A stretch of DNA of 64,000 nt from Rhizaria sp. SCN 62-66 (Eukaryota), in the NCBI GenBank assembly GCA_001724265.1, contig MEDY01000008.1, positions 62,001 through 126,000 of the forward strand. Direction: 5' to 3'. Position 1 is the stretch's first letter. Every line of letters begins with the position of its first letter. Positions 11,301-21,300 of the stretch are shown here, one piece after another. The notes under the pieces were generated by a model, which searched no databases, was not told where the DNA came from, and worked only from the letters and a program-made list of their open reading frames with translations. A program made the position numbers and the translations under genes.

Positions 11301-14032
11301 GGGTGCGACATGAGCTTGAGAATCGCGATTTCGGCGCGCAACGCCTCCTGCTCCTGCTGGTTGGACTCGATCATGCTCTTGCTGACGACCTTGATCGCGA
11401 ACAGCTTGCCCGACGCGCGCTGACGGGCCTCGTACACGACGGCGAACTTGCCCTTTCCGATGGCGCGGCCGAGGTCGTAGAACTCCTCGACGGCCTGCGT
11501 CTTGGCGGCGAGACGCAGCGCGCGCACCCAGGCGCGGCGCTCCTCGACCGTGCGCGTGTACACCGTGTGCTTGTGCGTGCGGGTGATGATCTCGAAGCCG
11601 TAGTAACGTTCGCTGGCGTACTCGTCCTCCTCGGGCAGCTCGATGAAGCAGCCGTCGAGGAAGATGATGAACTTAGCGTCGATGGCCTCGCGCTCCTTAA
11701 AGAAGTAGATGAACGAGTCGCGGACGAGCACCCACCTCTGCTTCCAGTGCTTCACCAGCGATCCCGCGCGCTTGTACAGCGCGCCCTCGAACGACACGTG
11801 CTGTTGCGCAGCGTGCACCGCGGCCTGGCCCGCAGCAGCCGCGGCCACAGCGGCAGCCGCAGCGGCGGCCGACTGCGCCGTGGGGGTCGTGCCCGCGGTC
11901 GCAGACCCCAGCGCAGCCGCCTTGGCGGCGGCCACGGCGCCGGGGCTCGTCGCGAGCGTGATGGCGTTGACCGAGGCCGAGGGCGCGGGCTTCTCGCGGT
12001 GCATGACGCGGAAGTCGAGCTCACCGACCGTGCTGACAGCGGGCGAGTCGGGCAGCGGGCTGCCGACGGGCGTGGACGTCGCAGAGTTGAACGCGCCGCC
12101 GGTGCCCATCGCGGCCGCAAGGACCGCGGGCGCCGCCACGGGCGTTGTGCCACTGCCCACGGCACAGGCGTTGGCGTTGGCTACTGCGGCGTCGAGGCGC
12201 AGCAGCAGAGGGTTCGACCGCATCGGCTGGCCGCACTGCATGCAGTGCTTGATGTTGCCCAGCGTGGTGAAGCCGGGACACACGCCCGTGGAGTCGTTGG
12301 AGCACTCGTAGGACCGCTTATCGTGCGCCGGGCGCAGCGCGGAGCCGCAGAGGTGGCAGTGGCGGCAGCCCCAGCCGCAGTTGCGGCAGATGAGCGGCTG
12401 CGGGCCCGCGTCAGCGCCAACGCTCGAGCAAACGGCGGCGCCGGTAAGGGCACAGGCGGGCGGGAGCGAGCCGGGCCCGAAGGTGCGGCCGTTGGTCGTC
12501 ACGGCCGACTCACGCGTGAAGGCCGCGGCAGACCCGCGCGGCGCGGGCGTGTAGTTGAGCGCCACAGAGCCGCTGGGCGCCGTCGAGAGCGTGGTAGGGG
12601 CGAACACCGAGTGGCCTGAGGTGGAGACGGTGCCCGCGCCGGCTGTGGGGGCGCCTGCGATGGCCGTGGTGACCGTCGTGGCCATGACCGAGGCGGGGTA
12701 GTCGGCGGGCACGGTGTTGCTGCCGGAGCGGCTGCTCTTGCCGCTGACCGAGACAGAGCCGGCAGTGCCGCTGGTGCCGGCGACAGAGACAGCGCCGGAG
12801 CTCGTTGGGGCGGCTGCGGTCTTGTTGTGGCCGCTGGTGCTAACCGCAGCGTGGGCGCTGGTGCCGGGGTTGCTGTTGAAGCTGGAGTTGACGGCACCCG
12901 GCACGGGACCGGTGGCGCCCGGAGCAGGGGAGCCGGCGTTGCCCTGGCGGCTCGGCGCCTTGCGCTCGGTGGCAGAGCGCGGGTCGACCCAGCAGTTGTT
13001 CTCGAACACGGCCTCGATGGCGGCCACGACACAGGGGTTCTGGTCGAGCCAGCGGACGAAGTTGGTGTAGCAGAGACTGTTCTGTTTGTCAACGTCACAC
13101 GAGTCAAAGGCGTAGTTGACAATGCGCTCGATCACAACCTTCTCCTCGTCGGAGCCGATCATGGCGGCCGTGTTGACTTCGTGCACGACGTTGATGGGCC
13201 CTGCGTATGGATCGTGCAGCTGTTGCGTGAGCAGGCGCGTGCGGCGCTCCTCGTCAGTCAACAGTGACTCGTCGACGTCGTCGTCATCGTCATTGCCGTC
13301 ACCGTCGAGTGCGTTTTCGTCGTCGTCGCCAACGTCGTCGTTGTTGTTCTCCTCGTTGCTGTTGCCGCGATCCAGCCTGGTGACGTCGAGGCGCATCGCA
13401 GGCGAGCCGTCGCCCGTGCTGTCGCCCACCCCGGCGCTCGAGTCAGCGCTGGAGCGCGTGGTGAGCGCGAGGCGGTCCGCGGCGCGGCGCCGGCGAACAG
13501 AGGCACGCGAGACGGCAGGGTCGCGAAACGACTTAAGGTAGGCGAGAGTGCGCTCTTGCTGCTCCATGATGTGCGGGTCAACGAGCGAGTGCAGCATGAG
13601 CGACAGGTCGGCACGAGAGATGGTTCTATCATTGTTCAGGTCGTACATCTCGAAGATCATGCGGATGCGCTGGTCCTTGGTACCGCGAGCGTAGCGGGCA
13701 AGACCGTTGATGAATTCTCCGTAGTCAATGGCGCCGTCGTGGCCGGAGTCGAAGACAGAGAACAAGCGCTCGCCAAGCATGCCTGGGACCTTAAAGAACT
13801 TAAGGAACGTGCTTTTGTCCATGCGGTGATCCTTGCCTTCGAGCTCTTTGAACATGAGTGAGAGGACGTTCAGCTCGGATGGCTGAAACATACGGTCAAC
13901 GCTGTTCTGCGGCGGCTGAGACGGGTCTGCAAAGCTTGACCGCGGCGAGGAAGCAGTAGTAGTACCACGAGGACCACTGCGGGAAGCACCATCGCCATGA
14001 CCGTGGCCTTGAGAGCTGTTCTTATTGCCCAT
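8345..14032 (-). CDS. N-myristoylated EF-hand + PH domain CAMK-group Ser/Thr kinase (CDPK7-like architecture), 1895 aa
   Basis: MGNKNSS myristoylation-type N-terminus. EF loops DSGHDGAIDYGE and DLNNDRTISRAD, plus a degenerate DVDKQNSLCYTN. CxxC cluster, then a PH domain (EGALYKR...WKQRWVLVR...ERRAWVRAL). Kinase motifs GKGKFA, AIK, HRDLKPEN, DFG and CGTISYVAPE; polyQ tail; TAA stop. Confidence 0.92.
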   Translation of the reverse strand: MGNKNSSQGHGHGDGASRSGPRGTTTASSPRSSFADPSQPPQNSVDRMFQPSELNVLSLMFKELEGKDHRMDKSTFLKFFKVPGMLGERLFSVFDSGHDGAIDYGEFINGLARYARGTKDQRIRMIFEMYDLNNDRTISRADLSLMLHSLVDPHIMEQQERTLAYLKSFRDPAVSRASVRRRRAADRLALTTRSSADSSAGVGDSTGDGSPAMRLDVTRLDRGNSNEENNNDDVGDDDENALDGDGNDDDDDVDESLLTDEERRTRLLTQQLHDPYAGPINVVHEVNTAAMIGSDEEKVVIERIVNYAFDSCDVDKQNSLCYTNFVRWLDQNPCVVAAIEAVFENNCWVDPRSATERKAPSRQGNAGSPAPGATGPVPGAVNSSFNSNPGTSAHAAVSTSGHNKTAAAPTSSGAVSVAGTSGTAGSVSVSGKSSRSGSNTVPADYPASVMATTVTTAIAGAPTAGAGTVSTSGHSVFAPTTLSTAPSGSVALNYTPAPRGSAAAFTRESAVTTNGRTFGPGSLPPACALTGAAVCSSVGADAGPQPLICRNCGWGCRHCHLCGSALRPAHDKRSYECSNDSTGVCPGFTTLGNIKHCMQCGQPMRSNPLLLRLDAAVANANACAVGSGTTPVAAPAVLAAAMGTGGAFNSATSTPVGSPLPDSPAVSTVGELDFRVMHREKPAPSASVNAITLATSPGAVAAAKAAALGSATAGTTPTAQSAAAAAAAVAAAAAGQAAVHAAQQHVSFEGALYKRAGSLVKHWKQRWVLVRDSFIYFFKEREAIDAKFIIFLDGCFIELPEEDEYASERYYGFEIITRTHKHTVYTRTVEERRAWVRALRLAAKTQAVEEFYDLGRAIGKGKFAVVYEARQRASGKLFAIKVVSKSMIESNQQEQEALRAEIAILKLMSHPNVINMKEVFEDHSNIYIVMPLVPHGDLFDRIMMRKVFSEKVARVIAWRLLSALDYLHERGIVHRDLKPENILMLDKTDDTKVVLADFGLSIFACPQEVLKLNCGTISYVAPEVLLLKGYSKMVDMWGLGVIVFVLLSGELPFQGRTQAQVIHQTLYAPLSFTATEWQTVSPEARDFVTLLLQKLPSSRPTSSAAMAHPWFASLRKDVTPAVLYPGLKKSPSTDQFSRIGSVSPSPYGLPNLSRAPTQEPPSHSSAGIPTGKTPVTNARTLSAHAAAPAPSPSPTPTHGSVSGASSSVSAVAGAPVGSVAALPSPAPRPVGPSSRTQPSPRPSTPSSGALPMSAVAGAPVSTIAPVMPATAGSGPGALSAATASGAVTPRLSASGAPALGITPQTSVGIVGGAPVSVTASSLAQQQAALQKQFDSYQVMVQGYQQQLHMYQTQQQHVQQQQLHQQQAHAQAQLQQQQNILQQQQQQLQQLLHQQQQQQQQHPLLHHNALLQTGSNSSVSTGLSSFPAGPHVLHSGADHPQLHGQQHGTPSPPQQRAFSPATPLSTSYPGSSAPSSVPGAAPILGHAAAAGAAHGGSHSVGAVAGAHGTLGHSNSNVVMPGMVPPMPMHVPMTIPANLSGSSTGSTGHIAAAPTAAPAAAPATPAGAAGGATPGVPATPRSALSQAHHVPIQQQIAQQQLLLQQQQLQKQQAQLAQLQAQAQAAAHAYAATTQALQQQQGAPIAATTMTPASSATSTSASAFFPGVGNNGGILTGGASGATSSGQALKLNVAAPALSPITPVSTASNPPATGPSAAPANAAAVSNNHGAAVSTPSIAHAADGPLASPVLVTVTPVELDTPDTPTPLTRLNAAHPNNSNSNAAPTAGRGLIPAPISTGLSASSLEASTSATGSMAASATASASSLPVVGAQTVAATPSAVSEAVSAPSSEPKSQPQPQAVSQSQPQSQMLPEPQNEGLEPSASALGVSFISADGDSA

Positions 14033-15341
14033 TTGGAGTTATTAACCAAGTTGAAGGCTTGCCGAAAAGGGAGAAGGGATCGGACTTCCAACGGTCTGTC
14101 GGAGACGAGAAGCAGTTAAAGGCGAAGGAGGAGGGCGACTCTAACGAGAAAAAGGAGTGGCACAGGAAAACGCTCAGGAAGAGAAACCAGGATGCAAAGC
14201 GAAGACCACTAAGTCGAAACTAAAGTGGGTTGCCAGGGAAGAAAAGGCACGGAGCGATGACCCAAGCGAAAAGAGGGATGCCGCGGTAAGAGGTGAAAAC
14301 CAGGGCAAGATTACGTCGGTTACGCGAACCAACAAAAAGACTGCGTTAAAAAGTGGGGTACTGTTTAACAGCAATGAAATATCCGTTTCGTTTCGATCTC
14401 TAACTGCATGTCAGGCACCTTTTTCAGTGTCGCGAGGTGAGGGCTGGTCTTGGAGACTTCACAGGTAAGAGATGTGGCAGCATAAATGAGCAGGAAAACG
14501 ACGAGGGAATAGCAATTTGTGAAGATAACTGAAATGCAACAACATCGATGTATCTGGGAAATATCATATCAGAGGCAATATTGGCGGATAAACTGTCTTT
14601 GAACACACATTTAAATCCGCTGATGACGCCAAAGTTTAATAGGTTGGTCACGTCAGAAACAGAGAGGTCCTTGCGGTCAATCGACCGCGACGGGTGCTCT
14701 CCCTCCCATCGTTCGTTGCTCGTCAATAGAAGGCCCTTAAAAAATGTGGACGAGTTGCTTGCGGTCATGTGTTAGCGCTGCCTATTTTATTTGTATTTTA
14801 GATTCATTGAAGTTATGTGAGGGTCACACACGACGCATTCTTTATCGTCTCCGACCCGAAAAAGTTGCTCGCGAGAGACCGACGAGGCGGATTGCCACGG
14901 TGTTTGCGGCGATCCTGGCTTGGTTTGAATCAAAGACATTTGCTAACCACTCTCTTTTGTGTTGTCCCCACCCGACTGTGCCTTTCTGCCTTCTATACCA
15001 TTCGTATCCCCAGTTTCTGTCACCTCCGCCTAACGCGTTGTCAAAGCGTCACTGTGGACACGCAACAAACTCTTCTCTTTTGTCGTCTTTGTTCTTGCCC
15101 GCTGGCATTCGGCTTCTTTAAACTACCAGTTCGTCTGCTGCCCAGTAAGGTGGCTATGCGCTAAGAGTAGCTACGCCCCGTTACACTACTCTCCCACGTC
15201 TCTCCCAGTCGCCTTCTTCGCGATTCTCTTCCTGCAACGGGTTTACTTGTGAGTCACACTTTGAGGCACTTACTCACTGTTCACGCAATCCTTACCGCAA
15301 CAGAGCACGTGGCTAGTTTAGTACTATCCTAACCTGAAGTA

Positions 15342-18300
15342 ATGTCTTCATCTTCTTCACACATCGAGCTCGGCGGCTCTGGCCCCAGCTCGCGCTCGAC
15401 AGGATATCAATCGTCGTCGAGCTTGCGCCGCACTGACTCATTCTCAGTGGGCAAAGACCGCTTCCAGCGAAGCATGGAGGGTCATGATCCTCGGTTGATT
15501 CACCTTAGCAAGACTATGTCCCGGCTCCAGAGCGAAATCTTCGCCCCCGACGAAGGTGACGAGTGGCTCCAAGTCAAGTCCATGGAAGGCCTCGCCCCAC
15601 ATTGGCGCCGCGAGTGCATGCACTGGGCGCTCGCCATCTGCACCTGCTTCATGTCGCTTGTGATCGCGTCTTGGTTCCCCGAGCGTTACGCGCGCTGGCG
15701 CTACGTGCGCGCCCCACTCTCCGACGCCGACTACCTGCTGGTGACGGACTCGCAGAACCGCGGCGAGGTGTGCCCCGTGCAGGTCATCCGCGAGCTCGCC
15801 AACACAGAGCTCTCCATGCTGCACTCGGGCATGCTGCCCAACTACGACGTCTCGACCCCGTTTGCCACCGGTGTGAACCCTTCTGCGGTGTTCCCCGCCA
15901 ACGTCACCACCACTCTCCAGGCCTTCACACTCGCTCGTGCCGCCCAGGCTGACGCCGACTCCGCTGCTGCGGCCAACGGTGGCGTCCCAGGCGCTTTCCC
16001 CAACGATGCCTACAACGCGGCCGACGCCACGAGCGCGAGTCTTGGCCCCAACAGCGCCGAGAATGACGCGTTCCTATCGCAGCCCTCGCGCGGCCGCAAG
16101 GTCTCGACGTCGCTGGCCCCCGGCGCGACCCCGCGCCGTGGCTCACCCGCCGCGCCCTCACGCATCGCGTACGCGCCGCACATTACCTCCGCGGCCGACG
16201 CGGCGCCCGGGCTGGCGACATTGCTGGCGCGATTCACCCCGCGGCCGCCGGCCGCGCTCGCACAGCCGCGGTCGTGGTGGCGCCAGCTGTGGTCTTCGCT
16301 GCTCGACTCCGTCTTCGGCGGCGACCGCAAGGTTCCTGATACGGAGGACATCCCGGCGATTCAGCGCATGGTCGTGTTCCGCAACTGCCGCTTCATCTAC
16401 GACGAGGATCTGCGTGAGTTCGTGCGCCTCCATTACCCGCAAAAGTACCGGCTCGACCAGATCAAGGCCATCACCAAGTCCGGCCTCGACACGCCGACCC
16501 ACCGCTCGCTCCTGGACCTGTTCGGCCGCAACGCGCTCACCGTGCTCGTGCCGTCGGTGTTCCAGCTGTTTATCGCTGAGGTGCTGCATCCGTTCTTTAT
16601 CTTTCAGGTCTACTCCGTCGTGCTGTGGTGCTTCGAGGAGTACTACATCTTCGCCACCTGCATCGGCGTCCTCGCCATCATCTCCGCCGTGCTGACGCTC
16701 TATGAGACGCGCTCGGCGCTACTGCGCGTTCACAGCCTTGCCCAGTTTGACCGCCCTGTGCGCGTGCTCCGCGACGGCGCATGCCAGGTCGTGTCCTCGC
16801 TCTCGCTCGTGCCCGGTGACGTCATCTTCCCCGACCTCGGTCCCGTCCCGTGCGACATCGCGCTGCTCAACGGCCGCGCCGTCGTCAACGAGTCCAAGCT
16901 CACCGGTGAGTCCGCCCCCGTCGTCAAGCAGGCTCTCGAGCTCCCGACCGCGACAACCACGACCACTGGCGCCGCCGCGGCGAGCGCCGCCGCTCTGGCG
17001 CGCGCCCGCGTCGGCGCCGGCTCTGCGCCGGCCCCTGTGCCGACCGCGGGCAAGGGCAAGGCGATCCTGAAGCAGCGTCCCGTTGCGCCCGACACGTCCG
17101 TGCCCGTCGCCAAGGAGCGATCGATGCTGTACGCTGCGACGGACATCGTGCAGCTGAAGCCGCGTGACGAGAAGCACCCCGTGATGGGCATGGTCGTCAA
17201 CACGGCGTTCGCCACCACCAAGGGCGCGCTCGTCATGTCCATTCTCTTCCCCAAGCCGTCGTCGTTCAAGTTCATGGAGCAGGCGCTCAAGTTTATCTTC
17301 GTGCTCTTCCTCGTTGCCGTGCTCGGTTTCGGTGTTTCTGTCTGGCGTTTCCTTAAGTACGGTGCGCCTGTGTACCTCATCATTGTGCGCTCGTTTGATC
17401 TGATCACCATCGTCGTTCCGCCCTCGTTGCCGCTCGCCATGGCCGTTGGTACCAACTTTGCCATGCGTCAGCTCAAACGTATCGGCGTCTTCTGCATCGC
17501 TCCTTCGCGCATCAACATGGCCGGCAAGATCAAGCTCTTTTGCTTTGACAAGACTGGTACCCTAACCTCGCCCGGCATGGAGATGGCTGGTGTCCACACG
17601 CTTAAGGCTGCAATCATGCCTGCTGATCCTGCTGCGGCGGCAGCGGCTCACGCCGCTGCTTCCGCCGCGGGCAGCACGCCGGGCCACCTCATCCCTGTGT
17701 TCGCGCCATCGCTCTCGCGCGACACCGGAGCGCTGCCTCTGCACGTCGCCACTTGCATGGCCGCGTGCCAGTCGCTCACATGTGTGTCCGGCGAGCTCAT
17801 CGGTGACCCGCTCGAGGTGCGCATGTTCGAGTCGGTCAACGCGTCGCTGCACGAGAGTGTGGCGTCATTTGCAGCCGCGGCGGGGCCCAGCTACTTCAGT
17901 CTTAATGCCTCGTCTGCGAGCAGCACTAGTCTTGCGAGCTCCAACTCCAATTCTGCTGTCAATGCCGGTTCCAGTGTCCCCACTGCAAGTGAGGGCTTGA
18001 CTGTGGTGCACGGCGTCACGCTTGACACCCGCGAGAAGTCTCTTGGCGTTGTCGTGCTGCCTCCGCCGCCTGCCATCGTGCAGGCCCACGCGCAGGCCGT
18101 GTCAATGTCGCTCATGTCCCTGCCTGCCGCCACCGCCGCAACGACTGCGATGCTCCCGCCGCCTCCGCGTGCGATGTTCGCCATTCTGCGTCAGTTCCAG
18201 TTCTCCTCGAAGCTGATGCGCATGTCCGTCATCGCCAAGGACCTCCGCTCCGGCGCGCAGTTCGTCTACACCAAAGGTTCCCCCGAGGCCGTGGTTGCGC

Positions 18301-21300
18301 TGTGCGACCCCTCGACCGTGCCTGCTGACTTTAAGGCAATCGCGGACACCTACACCCGCCAGGGCTACCGCGTGCTCGCGATCGCCATGAAGCCCTGGGC
18401 TGCTGCTCCTAACGCAAATGCGGCGGCGTCTGCTGCAGCTGCTGCGGCGGCGGTCGCTGCTGCTGCAGCTGCGGCAGCTGGTAGCAAGCTCACCCCGGTG
18501 CCGCTGTTGCTCACGCCGTCATTCTCGGGTACCGGCGCCGAAGGCTACGCTCTACTGAACAATAACGCCGCGTCGAACGCGATTGCGCTGACTGCGCATG
18601 CGTCAGGCCCGCTCCCGCCGCCCTCGGTGCCGCCCGCGCCGACTGGCATGATCCCTGTCGACGACGATGAGGACGAAGACGAGGACGAAGATGAGGACGA
18701 GGACGAGGACGAGGACGAAGACGAGGACGAGAACGAAGATGAGGATGAAGACGTGACTGAGTCGGAGACGACAACGAACGCCGCAGGAATCACTACTCTC
18801 GGCACGCCTGTCGCTCCCTCGACTGCGCCTTCGGTCATCAACGCCAACGCTGCCGAAGACGACGCCGCGTCTGCCCTCGCTGCTGCGCTGTTGCTGCCTC
18901 CGGCCACGCCCACGTCACCTGCGCTTGCGGCCGTCAACGCGGTTGTCTCGCCCACCGCGACTGTCACAGCCGACAGCGCCGCCGTGGCTGCCGTGGCCTC
19001 CGCCCCCGTCGCGACCTCGTCTGCCGCGACCTCTGCTGCCGCGACACCTGCGTTCCCGCCATATACCAACACCGCCGCCCCCGCGGTCGCGCCACTGTCG
19101 CTCAGCACTGCGGTCGCGCCCGGCAGTGCTGCTAGCCCCACGGGCATCACAGCTGCAGACGTGTCTTCGCTGCTGACGCCGCCGACGGTCATCGCCGCAT
19201 CCAGCTCCGCCGCCTCCGCGGCCGGGGGCTCGCCCACCCCCGTCGCTGACGCCAGCGCCACCCCCGTCGGCGTGAGTTCGACCCCTCAGCTGGCGCACAC
19301 TTTCTCCGCCTCAGGCCCCACGGCGGCGGCGTCCTCCACGCTGCACGGCACGGGCACGGAACTCCGCAACGCCGCTGAGCGCGGACTCACTCTGCTGGGT
19401 CTCGTGATCCTCGAGAACAAACTCAAGCCTGCGACGACGGATACGCTCACTGAGCTGCGCCGCGCTGGTGTCCGTTCCGTCATGATCACGGGCGACAACG
19501 TGCTTACTGCGGTGTCTGTCGCGCGCCAGTGCGGCCTGCTGCCCCCGCCCGACGCGCCATCGGCGCCCCCGCGCGAGGTCTACGTCGCGCGCCTCAAGCC
19601 CATGCCGCCGCTGGGCCGATTCTCCGGCGTGCCCGGTATCATTGTCGACCGCAATGCCGGCTACGCGGGATCCACGCCCGCCATCGCGCCCCCGCCCGGC
19701 GCGCCCGCCTCGGTCCGCGCGTCGTTCCACGCCCTCTCCATGACCATCTCCGAGCCCCCCGCGCCTGCCAATAACAGCGGCAGCAACGGCAACGGGTCAT
19801 CAAGCGCCGGTGCAGCTGATGCTGCCCCTCAGGCTGGCGGTGCGTTCCCCGCCGTTCCTTTTGCGTACCGCACCGGCTCCGGCCAAAACAGCTCCGCGGG
19901 CCCCGGCTCGTCGCGCCGTCTGCTGCTCGGCTCGCAGCACCCGCGCTCCTCGCGCTCGCGCTCTGGCTTCTCGTACTCGCTGTCGCGGCTGAACCCCGCG
20001 CAGGCGGTGCGCCAGCGCATCGAGTGGGTGAGCATGGACGACGAGTCGCGCCGGCTGGACCCCGTGACTCTGCTGCCCATCTCCACGTCCAGCTCCTCCA
20101 ACGCCAACGCGAATGCCGTGGCATCGTACGGCAGTTTGAACAGCAACGACAGCTCTGCGTGCGGCAATGGTAGCGCGAACGACGACGACTCGGAGCGCAC
20201 TTCCCTGCTCTCCGGTAGTCGCGGTGGCAACAGCAGCAGTTTGAACAATGTCAGCAGTGGCGTTGGCGCTACTGCGGTAACCGTGTGCCGTCCTTACGAA
20301 CTTGCTTTGACCGGTGATGTGTACGCTGACCTGCTGCAGGATGCACTTGCGTCCCCCACGCCCCAGGCACGCGCGTATCTGCACAAGATCATCTTCTCAA
20401 CCGCTGTGTTCGCGCGCATGTCGCCGGACCAGAAGGCCTCCGTGGTCGAGCAGATGCAGGAGTGTGGCATGTATGTCGGTATGTGCGGTGACGGTGCCAA
20501 TGATGGTGCTGCGCTCAAGCTCGCCCACGTCGGTATTGCGCTGTCTGACACTTGTGCTGAGGCGTCGATTGCGGCGCCGTTCACTTACTCACCCTCTGCG
20601 CCTGATGCTGCGCCTGAGTCTGTCTCTCAGGCCGACCTTGAGCTTTCTGCTGCACTGGCGGGCTCGCTCTCGTTGTCGCGCCAGGTGTCCCTATCTGGCA
20701 AGCCTCTCGCTCACCACGAGGGACTCACAAAGCCTGATCTTGTGTCGCAGCTCTCTGTTAACGCCGTCGCGAAGCCCGAGAGCGATATCGCTTGCGTCCC
20801 ACGCGTGCTCTGCGAAGGCCGCGGTGCGCTGGCGACGTGCTTCCAACTGTTCCGTTTCATGGCGCTGTACAGTATGATCCAGTTCGGTTGCTGCATCATG
20901 CTCTATTTCCAGGGTGCGAACCTCGGCGATTGGCAGTTCCTGAACCAGGACATGTTCCTCGTGTTCCCACTCGTCGTCCTCATGGGCGAGACGTTTGCGG
21001 CTGAGACGCTGACTGTGGAACGCCCGTCGTCCGACTTGCTCTCTATCGCGAATCTGTTCTCAGTTGCTGTCCATGTCGCGATGTGTCTCTCGTTCCAGTT
21101 CTACACCTACGTCGCGTGTTCTCACCAGCCTGGCTATGTCAACCTGCCGAACGCGAACTTCCTCTCGAACAGCTGGGAAGTCACGTCGCTTTACTTGCTT
21201 GGCAACTTGCAGTACGTGCTTGTAGCTTTCATGTTCTCCTCCGGGAGCGTGTGGAAGAAGCCTCTGCGCGCGAATGTCCAACTCTTTGCTTGGCTCATCT

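Noticed and set aside
10439-12619. 726-aa plus-strand ORF and the many other antisense or alternate-frame ORFs (e.g. 26076-27419)
   Set aside because: Shadow ORFs of GC-rich, codon-biased genes on the opposite strand or frame; no domain motifs.
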